Position numbers and translations under genes: made by a program. Below the pieces are notes generated by a model, which did not search any database, had not been told where the DNA came from, and saw nothing but the letters and a program-made list of their open reading frames with translations. This document shows positions 1 through 9,959 of a stretch of 64,000 bases of DNA, piece by piece (the first letter of the stretch is position 1; the number at the start of each line of letters is the position of its first letter). The stretch spans positions 1-64,000 of the forward strand of contig JBHGNT010000008.1 in the NCBI GenBank assembly GCA_043228905.1. Reading direction: 5' to 3'. Source of the DNA: Azolla caroliniana. Its lineage: Eukaryota > Plantae > Polypodiophyta.

Positions 1-4
1 CCCT

Positions 5-26
5 AGCAGGTATCACGCAGAAGACT
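5..26 (+). other. Probable library adapter remnant (garbled SMART/ISPCR or PacBio ultra-low-input amplification adapter), not genomic
   Basis: AGCAGGTATCACGCAGAAGACT aligns to AAGCAGTGGTATCAACGCAGAGTACT with a few indels or substitutions (shared blocks AGCAG, GTATCA, CGCAGA, ACT). It sits at the extreme contig tip, outside the telomere tract. Confidence 0.8.
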
Positions 27-640
27 CCTAAACCCTAAACCTAAACCCTAAACCCTAAACCCTAACCCTAAACCCTAAACCACCTAAACCCTAAACCCTA
101 AACCCTAAACCCTAAACCCTAAAACCCAAACCCTAAACCCTAACACCCTAAACCCTAAACCCTACAACCCCTAAACCCTAAACACCAACAACCTAAACCC
201 TAAACCCTAAACCCTAACCCTAAACCCCTAAACCCCTAAACCCTAAACCCTAAACCCTAAACCCTAAACCCTAAACCCTAAACCCTAAACCCTAAACCCT
301 AAACCCTAAACCCTAAACCCTAAACCCTAAACCCTAAACCCTAAACCCTAAACCCTAAACCCTAAACCCTAAACCCTAAACCCTAAACCCTAAACCCTAA
401 ACCCTAAACCCTAAACCCTAAACCCTAAAACCCTAACCTAAACCCTAAACCCTAAACCCTAACCACCCTAAACCCTAAACCCTAAACCCAAACCCCCACC
501 AAACCCCTAAACCCAAACCCAAACCCCTAAACCCCAAAACCCTAAACCCTACAACCCACACCAACCCCCAACAACCCAAAACCCAAACCAAACCCTAAAC
601 CCCTACAACCCCTAACCCAAACCCTACCCAACCCTACACC
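27..640 (-). repeat. Noisy distal part of the telomere tract (probably low-coverage consensus error)
   Basis: Irregular, non-recurrent units such as CCCAAA, CCCCCACC, CCTACAA and CCCCAACAA at about 27-240 and 425-640, with homopolymer length changes and T dropouts. Confidence 0.7.
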
Positions 641-2829
641 CTAAACCCTAAACCCTAAACCCTAAACCCTAAACCCTAAACCCTAAACCCTAAACCCTAA
701 ACCCTAAACCCTAAACCCTAAACCCTAAACCCTAAACCCTAAACCCTAAACCCTAAACCCTAAACCCTAAACCCTAAACCCTAAACCCTAAACCCTAAAC
801 CCTAAACCCTAAACCCTAAACCCTAAACCCTAAACCCTAAACCCTAAACCCTAAACCCTAAACCCTAAACCCTAAACCCTAAACCCTAAACCCTAAACCC
901 TAAACCCTAAACCCTAAACCCTAAACCCTAAACCCTAAACCCTAAACCCTAAACCCTAAACCCTAAACCCTAAACCCTAAACCCTAAACCCTAAACCCTA
1001 AACCCTAAACCCTAAACCCTAAACCCTAAACCCTAAACCCTAAACCCTAAACCCTAAACCCTAAACCCTAAACCCTAAACCCTAAACCCTAAACCCTAAA
1101 CCCTAAACCCTAAACCCTAAACCCTAAACCCTAAACCCTAAACCCTAAACCCTAAACCCTAAACCCTAAACCCTAAACCCTAAACCCTAAACCCTAAACC
1201 CTAAACCCTAAACCCTAAACCCTAAACCCTAAACCCTAAACCCTAAACCCTAAACCCTAAACCCTAAACCCTAAACCCTAAACCCTAAACCCTAAACCCT
1301 AAACCCTAAACCCTAAACCCTAAACCCTAAACCCTAAACCCTAAACCCTAAACCCTAAACCCTAAACCCTAAACCCTAAACCCTAAACCCTAAACCCTAA
1401 ACCCTAAACCCTAAACCCTAAACCCTAAACCCTAAACCCTAAACCCTAAACCCTAAACCCTAAACCCTAAACCCTAAACCCTAAACCCTAAACCCTAAAC
1501 CCTAAACCCTAAACCCTAAACCCTAAACCCTAAACCCTAAACCCTAAACCCTAAACCCTAAACCCTAAACCCTAAACCCTAAACCCTAAACCCTAAACCC
1601 TAAACCCTAAACCCTAAACCCTAAACCCTAAACCCTAAACCCTAAACCCTAAACCCTAAACCCTAAACCCTAAACCCTAAACCCTAAACCCTAAACCCTA
1701 AACCCTAAACCCTAAACCCTAAACCCTAAACCCTAAACCCTAAACCCTAAACCCTAAACCCTAAACCCTAAACCCTAAACCCTAAACCCTAAACCCTAAA
1801 CCCTAAACCCTAAACCCTAAACCCTAAACCCTAAACCCTAAACCCTAAACCCTAAACCCTAAACCCTAAACCCTAAACCCTAAACCCTAAACCCTAAACC
1901 CTAAACCCTAAACCCTAAACCCTAAACCCTAAACCCTAAACCCTAAACCCTAAACCCTAAACCCTAAACCCTAAACCCTAAACCCTAAACCCTAAACCCT
2001 AAACCCTAAACCCTAAACCCTAAACCCTAAACCCTAAACCCTAAACCCTAAACCCTAAACCCTAAACCCTAAACCCTAAACCCTAAACCCTAAACCCTAA
2101 ACCCTAAACCCTAAACCCTAAACCCTAAACCCTAAACCCTAAACCCTAAACCCTAAACCCTAAACCCTAAACCCTAAACCCTAAACCCTAAACCCTAAAC
2201 CCTAAACCCTAAACCCTAAACCCTAAACCCTAAACCCTAAACCCTAAACCCTAAACCCTAAACCCTAAACCCTAAACCCTAAACCCTAAACCCTAAACCC
2301 TAAACCCTAAACCCTAAACCCTAAACCCTAAACCCTAAACCCTAAACCCTAAACCCTAAACCCTAAACCCTAAACCCTAAACCCTAAACCCTAAACCCTA
2401 AACCCTAAACCCTAAACCCTAAACCCTAAACCCTAAACCCTAAACCCTAAACCCTAAACCCTAAACCCTAAACCCTAAACCCTAAACCCTAAACCCTAAA
2501 CCCTAAACCCTAAACCCTAAACCCTAAACCCTAAACCCTAAACCCTAAACCCTAAACCCTAAACCCTAAACCCTAAACCCTAAACCCTAAACCCTAAACC
2601 CTAAACCCTAAACCCTAAACCCTAAACCCTAAACCCTAAACCCTAAACCCTAAACCCTAAACCCTAAACCCTAAACCCTAAACCCTAAACCCTAAACCCT
2701 AAACCCTAAACCCTAAACCCTAAACCCTAAACCCTAAACCCTAAACCCTAAACCCTAAACCCTAAACCCTAAACCCTAAACCCTAAACCCTAAACCCTAA
2801 ACCCTAAACCCTAAACCCTAAACCCTAAA

Positions 2830-2954
2830 CCTAAACCTAAACCCTAAACCCTAAACCCTAAACCCTAAACCCTAAACCCTAAACCCTAAACCCTAAACCC
2901 TAAACCCTAAACCCTAAACCCTAAACCCTAAACCCTAAACCCTAAACCCATAAA
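2830..2954 (-). repeat. Rare telomere variant units: two CCTAAA hexamers (2830-2841) and one CCCATAAA octamer (2947-2954)
   Basis: These are the only phase shifts I saw in the otherwise perfect 640-3446 tract. Confidence 0.75.
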
Positions 2955-3446
2955 CCCTAAACCCTAAACCCTAAACCCTAAACCCTAAACCCTAAACCCT
3001 AAACCCTAAACCCTAAACCCTAAACCCTAAACCCTAAACCCTAAACCCTAAACCCTAAACCCTAAACCCTAAACCCTAAACCCTAAACCCTAAACCCTAA
3101 ACCCTAAACCCTAAACCCTAAACCCTAAACCCTAAACCCTAAACCCTAAACCCTAAACCCTAAACCCTAAACCCTAAACCCTAAACCCTAAACCCTAAAC
3201 CCTAAACCCTAAACCCTAAACCCTAAACCCTAAACCCTAAACCCTAAACCCTAAACCCTAAACCCTAAACCCTAAACCCTAAACCCTAAACCCTAAACCC
3301 TAAACCCTAAACCCTAAACCCTAAACCCTAAACCCTAAACCCTAAACCCTAAACCCTAAACCCTAAACCCTAAACCCTAAACCCTAAACCCTAAACCCTA
3401 AACCCTAAACCCTAAACCCTAAACCCTAAACCCTAAACCCTAAACC

Positions 3447-3687
3447 GATTTTAGAAGCTTGATTTTTTAATTCGATATCATAGGTACCTTTGTTAGCTTC
3501 GATTCGCATATTTGAACACTAAAATCCAATATCAGATGGGCCAGGTATGAACATTTTAATTTACTCACGTGCTCTTCTCAACTCCCTCCTCTAATTTGGT
3601 AATTTCTTCATGTCTCTCGACCTGATTTTCAAAAGCTTGATTTTTTAATTCGATATCATATGTACCTTTGTTAGCTTCGATTCGCAT
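3447..3687 (-). repeat. 241-bp exact inverted copy of 5602-5842
   Basis: Base-by-base comparison with the reverse complement of 5602-5842 shows identity, including GGTACATATG (5628 pairs with 3661) and GAGCACGTG (5719 pairs with 3570). Confidence 0.93.
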
Positions 3688-4807
3688 GTTTGAACACAAA
3701 AATCCAATATCACACGCGCCAGGTATGAACATTTTAATTTACCTACTCGCTCTTCCCAACTCCCTCCCCAAATTTGGTAATTTCGTCATGTCTCTCGATC
3801 TGAGTTTCAAAATCTTGGCTTTTTAATTCCATATCATAGCTAGCGTTGTTAGCTTCGATTCGCATGGTTGAACACAAAAATCCGATATCACACGAGCCAG
3901 GGATTACCATTTTAATTTACTCAAGGGCTCCTCTCAACGCCCTCCTCAAATTTGGTAATTTCTTCATATCTCTCGACCTGAGTTTCAAAATCTTGATTTT
4001 TTAATTTAATATCATAGCTAGCGTTGTTAGCTTCGATTCGCATGTTTGAAGACAAAAATCCGATATCACACGCGCCAGGTATGAACATTGTAATTTACCT
4101 ACTAGCTCTTCCCAACTCACTCCTCAAATTTGGTAATTTCGTCATGTCTCTCGACCTGAGTTTCAAAATCATGATTTTTTAATTTAATATCATAGCTAGC
4201 GTTGTTAGCTTCGATTCGCATGTTTGAACACAAAAATCCGATATCATACGAGCCAGGTATGAGCATTGTAATTTACCTACTAGCTCTTCCCAACTCCCTC
4301 CCCAAATTTGGTAATTTCGTCATGTCTCTCGATCTGATTTTCAAAATCTTGATTTTTGAATTCTATATTATAGCTAGCGTTGTTAGCTTCGATTCGCATG
4401 TTTGAATACGAAAATCCGATATCACACGAGCCAGGTATGAACATTTTAATTTACTCAAGGGCTCCTCTCAACTCCCTCCTCAAATTTGCTAATTTCGTCA
4501 TGTCTCTTGACCTGAGTTTAAAAATCTTGATTTTTTAATTTTATATCATAGCTAGCGTTGTTAGCTTCGATTCGCATGTTTGAACACAAAAATCCGATAT
4601 CATACGAGCCAGGTATGAGCATTGTAATTTACCTACTAGCTCTTCCCAACTCCCTCCCCAAATTTGGTAATTTCGTCATGTCTCTCGATCTGATTTTCAA
4701 AATCTTGATTTTTGAATTCTATATTATAGCTAGCGTTGTTAGCGTCGATTCGCATGTTTGATCACAAAAATCCGATATCACACGAGCCAGGGATGAACAT
4801 TTTAATT
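3688..4807 (-). repeat. Divergent satellite subfamily with two monomer types and a near-identical 356-bp dimer duplication
   Basis: Diagnostic motifs CACGAGCCAGG/CACGCGCCAGG, TTACCTACTAGCTCTTCCC and TTACTCAAGGGCTCC were not seen in the forward array. Segments starting at 4202 and 4558 are 356 bp apart and almost identical. Confidence 0.9.
4804..4807. other. Satellite strand-switch (inversion) junction with 4-bp AATT microhomology
   Basis: ...GAACATTTT-AATT-AGAGGAGGGAG...: AATT belongs both to the inverted monomer (GAACATTTTAATTTAC) and to the forward monomer (CCAAATTAGAGG). Confidence 0.92.
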
Positions 4808-7379
4808 AGAGGAGGGAGTAGAGAAGAGCCCGAGAGTAAATTAAAATGTTTAGACCTAGCCCATGTGATATCGGATTTTACTGTTTAAACATGCAAATTG
4901 AAGCTAGCAAAGCTAGCTATGATATGGAATTAAAAAATCAAGATTTTCAAACTCAAGTCGAGAGATATTAAGAAATTACCAAATTAGAGGAGGGAGTAGA
5001 GAGGAGCCCGAGAGTAAATTAAAATGTTCATACCTGGCCCATGTGATATCGGATTTTAGTGTTCAAATATGCGAATCAAAGCTAACAAAGGTACCTATGA
5101 TATGGAATTAAAAAATCAAGCTTCTAAAATCAGGTCGAGAGACATGAAGAAATTACCAAATTAGAGGAGGGAGTTGAGAAGAGCGCGTGAGTAAATTAAA
5201 ATGCTTATACGTGGCCCATGTGATATCGGATTTTAGTGTTCAAATATGCGAATCGAAGCTAACAAAGGTACCTATGATATGGAATTAAAAAATCAAGTTT
5301 CTGAAAATCAGGTCGAGAGACATGAAGAAATTACCAAATTAGAGGAGGGAGTTGAGAAGAACGCGTGAGTAAATTAAAATGTTCATACCTGGCCCATCTG
5401 ATATCGGATTTTAGTGTTCAAATATGCGAATCGAAGCTAACAAAGGTACCTATGATATCGAATTAAAAAATCAAGCTTTTGAAAATCAGGTCGAGAGACA
5501 TGAAGAAATTACCAAATTAGAGGAGGGAGTTGAGAAGAGCGCGTGAGTAAATTAAAATGTTCATACCTGGCCCATCTGATATTGGATTTTAGTGTTCAAA
5601 TATGCGAATCGAAGCTAACAAAGGTACATATGATATCGAATTAAAAAATCAAGCTTTTGAAAATCAGGTCGAGAGACATGAAGAAATTACCAAATTAGAG
5701 GAGGGAGTTGAGAAGAGCACGTGAGTAAATTAAAATGTTCATACCTGGCCCATCTGATATTGGATTTTAGTGTTCAAATATGCGAATCGAAGCTAACAAA
5801 GGTACCTATGATATCGAATTAAAAAATCAAGCTTCTAAAATCAGGTCGAGAGACATGAAGAAATTACCAAATTAGAGGAGGGAGTTGAGAAGAGCGCGTG
5901 AGTAAATTAAAATGTTTATACGTGGCCCATTTGATATCGGATTTTAGTGTTCAAATATGCGAATCGAAGCTAACAAAGGTACCTATGATATGGAATAAAA
6001 AAATCAAGCTTCTAAAATCAGGTCGAGAGATATGAAGAAATTACCAAATTTTAGGAGGGAGTTGAGAAGAGCGCGTGAGTAAATTAAAATGTTTATACGT
6101 GGCCCATGTGATATCGGATTTTAGTGTTCAAATATGCGAATCGAAGCTAACAAAGGTACCTATGATATGGAATTAAAAAATCAAGCTTCTGAAAATCAGG
6201 TCGAGAGACATGAAGAAATTACCAAATTAGAGGAGGGAGTTGAGAAGAGCGCGTGAGTAAATTAAAATGTTCATACCTGGCCCATCTTATATCGGATTTT
6301 AGTGTTCAAATATGTGAATCGAAGCTAACAAAGGTACCTATGATATCGAATTAAAAAATAAAAATTTTGAAACTCAGGTCGAGAGACATGAAGACATTCC
6401 CAAATTAGAGGAGGGAGTAGAGAGGAGCCCGACAGTAAATTAAAATGTTCATACCTGGCCCATGTGATATCGGATTTTAGTATTTAAATATGCGAATGGA
6501 AGCTAACAATACGAGCTATGTTATGGAATTAAAAAATCAAGATTTTGAAACTCAGGTCGAGAGACATCAAGAAATTCCCAAATTAGAGGAGGGAGTAGAG
6601 AAGAGGCCGAGAGTAAATTAAAATGTTCATACCTGGCCCATGTGATATCGGATTTTAGTGTTCAAATATGAGAATCGAAGCTAACAAAGGTATCTATGAT
6701 ATGGAATTAAAAAATCAAGATTTTGAAACTCAGGTCGAGAGACATGAAGACATCCCCAAATTAGAGGAGGGAGTAGAGAGGAGCCCGAGACTAAATTAAA
6801 ATGTTCATACCTGGCCCATGTGATATCGGATTTTAGTGTTCAAACATACGAATCGAAGCTAACAAGGCTAGTTATGATATGGAATTAATAAATCAAGGTT
6901 TTGAAACTCAGGTCGAGAGATATGAAGAAATTACAAAATTTGAGGAGGAAGTTGAGAAGAGCGCGTGAGTAAATTAAAATGTTCATACCTGGCCCATGTG
7001 ATATGGGATTTTAGTGTTCAAACATACGAATCGAAGCTAACAAGGCTAGCTATGCTATGGAATTAAAAAATGAAGGTTTTGAAACTCAGGTCGAGAGACA
7101 TGAAGAAATTAAAAAATTAGAGCAGGGAGTAGGGAAGAGGCCGAGAGTAAATTAAAATGTTCATACCTGGCCCATGTGATATCGGATTTTAGTGTTCAAA
7201 TATGAGAATCAAAGCTAACAAAGCTAGCTATCATATGCAATTAAAAAATCAAGATTTTGAAAATCAGGTCGAGAGACATGAAGAAATTACCAAATTTGAG
7301 GAGGGAGTTGAGAAGAGCGCGTGAGTAAATTAAAATGTTCATACTTGGCCCATGTGATATCCCATTTTAGTGTTCAAAC

Positions 7380-8450
7380 ATACGAATCGAAGCTAACAAG
7401 GCTAGCTATGATATGGAATTAAAAAATCAAGATTTTGTAACTCAGGTTGAGAGACATGAAGAAATTCCCAAATTAGAGGAGGGAGTAGAGAAGAGCCCGA
7501 GAGTAAATTAAAATGTTTAGACCTGGCCCATGTGATATCGGATTTTAGTGTTCAAATATGCGAATAGAAGCTAACAATGCGAGCTATGTAATGGAATTCG
7601 AAAATCAAGATTTTGAATTTCAGGTCGAGAGACATGAAGAAATTCCCGAACTAGAGGAGGGAGTAGAGAAGAGCCCGAGAGTAAATTAAAATGTTTAGAC
7701 TTGGCCCATGTGATATCGGATTTTAGTGTTTAAACATTGGAATCGAAAATAACAACGCAAGCTATGATATGGAATTAAAAAATCAAGATTTTGAAACTCA
7801 CGTCGAGAGACATGAAGAAATTACCCAATTTGAGGAGGGAGTTGAGAAGAGCCCGATCGTAAATTAAAATGTTCATAGCTAGCCCATGTGATATCCGATT
7901 TTAGTGTTCAAACATACGAATCGAAGCTAACAAGGCTAGCTATGATATGGAAATAAAAAATCAAGATTTTGTAACTCAGGTTGAGAGACATGAAGAAATT
8001 CCCAAATTAGAGGAGGGAGTAGAGAAGAGCCCGAGAGTAAATTAAAATGTTTAGACCTGGCCCATGTGATATCGGATTTTCGTGTTCAAATATGCGAATC
8101 GAAGCTAACAATGCGAGCTATGTAATGGAATTCGAAAATCAAGATTTTGAATTTCAGGTCGAGAGACATGAAGAAATTCCCGAATTAGAGGAGGGAGTAG
8201 AGAAGAGCCCGAGACTAAATTAAAATGTTTAGACTTGGCCCATGTGATATCGGATTTTAGTGTTTAAACATTGGAATCGAAAATAACAACGCAAGCTATG
8301 ATATGGAATTAAAAAATCAAGATTTTGAAACTCACGTCGAGAGACATGAAGAAATTACCCAATTTGAGGAGGGAGTTGAGAAGAGCCCGATCGTAAATTA
8401 AAATGTTCATACCTGGGCCATGTGATATCCGATTTTAGTGTTCAAACATA
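7380..8450 (+). repeat. 3-monomer (534-bp) tandem duplication
   Basis: CCCGATCGT at 7852 and 8386; CATTGGAATCGAAAATAAC and TTTTGTAACTCAGGTTG also recur at the same offset. Boundaries approximate. Confidence 0.85.
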
Positions 8451-9959
8451 CGATTCGAAGCTAACAAGGCTAGCTATGATATGGAATTAAAAAATCAAGG
8501 TTTTGAAACTCAGGTCGAGAGACATGAAGAAATTAAAAAATTAGAGGAGGGTCGAGAGAAGAGGCCGAGATTAAATTAAAATGTTCATACCTGGCCCATG
8601 TGATATCGGATTTTAGTGTTCAAACATACGAATCGAAGCTAACAAGGCTAGCTATGATATGGAATTAAAAAATCAAGATTTTGAAACTCAGGTTGAGAGA
8701 CATAAAGAAATTCCCAAATTAGAGGAGGGAGTAGAGAAGAGCCCGAGAGTAAATTAAAATGTTTGGACCTGGCCCATGTGATATTGGATTTTCGTGTTCA
8801 AATATGCGAATCGAAGCTAACAATGCGAGCTATGTTATGGAATTCGAAAATCAAGATTTTGAATTTCAGGTCGAGAGACATGAAGAAATTCCCGAATTAG
8901 AGGAGGGAGTAGAGAAGAGCCCGAGAGTAAATTAAAATGTTTAGACTTCGCCAATGTGATATCGGATTTTAGTGTTTAAACATTGGAATCGAAGCTAACA
9001 ACGCAAGCTATGATATGGAATTAAAAAATCAAGGTTTTGAAACTCACGTCAAGAGACATGAAGAAATTACCCAATTTGAGGAGGGAGTTGAGAAGAGCTC
9101 GAGAGTAAATTAAAATGTTTAGACCTGGCCCAGGTGATATCGGATTTTAGTGTTCAAACATACGAATCGAAGCTAACAAGGCTAGCTATGATATCGAATT
9201 AAAAAATCAAGCTCTTAAAACTCACGTCGAGAGATATGAAGAAATTACTAAATTTGAGGAGGGAGTTGAGAAGAGCCCGAGAGTAAATTAAAATGTTCAT
9301 ACCTGGCCCATGTGATATCGGCTTTTAGTGTTCAAACATGCGAATCGAGGCTAACAACGCTAGCTATGACATGGAATGAAAAAATCAAGATTTTGGAATT
9401 TGCAAATTAGAGGAGGGAGTAGATAAGAGCCCGAGAGTAAATTAAAATGTTTAGACTTGGCCCATGTGATATCGGATTTTAGTGTTTAAACATGCGAATC
9501 GAAGCTAACAAAGGTACCTATGATATGCAATTAAAAAATCAAGATTTTGGAACTCAGGTCGAGGGATAGGACAAAATTACCAAATTTGAGGAGGGAGTTG
9601 AGAAGAGCGCGTGAGTAAATTAAAATGTTCAGACCTGGCCCATCTGATATAGAATTTTAGTGTTCAAACATGAGAATCGAAGCTAACAACGCAAGCTATG
9701 ATATGGAATTCCCAAATTAGAGGAGGGAGTAGAGAAGAGCCCGAGAGTAAATTAAAATGTTTAGACCTAGCCCATGTGATATCGGATTTTACTGTTTAAA
9801 CATGCAAATCGAAGCTAGCAAAGCTAGCTATGATATGGAATTAAAAAATCAAGATTTTCAAACTCAGGTCGAGAGATATTAAGAAATTACCAAAGTAGAG
9901 GAGGGAGTAGAGAGGAGCCCGAGACTAAATTAAAATGTTCATACCTGGCCCATGTGATA

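Larger units (their letters stand above)
27..3446 (-). repeat. Telomere: Arabidopsis-type (TTTAGGG)n, seen as (CCCTAAA)n on the + strand, about 490 units; left chromosome end
   Basis: Tandem CCCTAAA from the window start, with the C-rich strand on + as expected at a 5' chromosome end. Essentially perfect from about 640 to 3446. Confidence 0.99.
3447..4807 (-). repeat. Inverted block of the 178-bp satellite (about 7.6 monomers) directly abutting the telomere
   Basis: Reverse complement of the main-array monomer (e.g. CTCCCTCCTCTAATTTGGTAATTTCTTCATGTCTCTCGACCTGA) with 178-bp periodicity. Confidence 0.97.

Noticed and set aside
425-640. Degenerate telomere repeats as biological variants
   Set aside because: They are distal rather than proximal, non-recurrent, homopolymer-type changes next to an adapter remnant; best explained as read error.
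4202-4405. 67-aa ORF
   Set aside because: Lies wholly within satellite monomers, begins at TTG and has no recognisable protein features; chance absence of stops.
4558-4761. Second near-identical 67-aa ORF
   Set aside because: It is the 356-bp dimer duplicate of the first, not a conserved gene pair.
4808-4830. G-quadruplex in the purine tract of each monomer
   Set aside because: There is only one GGG and one or two GG runs per tract, which is insufficient for a canonical intramolecular G4.
3447-5842. DNA transposon or MITE defined by 241-bp terminal inverted repeats
   Set aside because: The arms and the interior are ordinary satellite, the right arm is in register with the array, and there is no target-site duplication or transposase.
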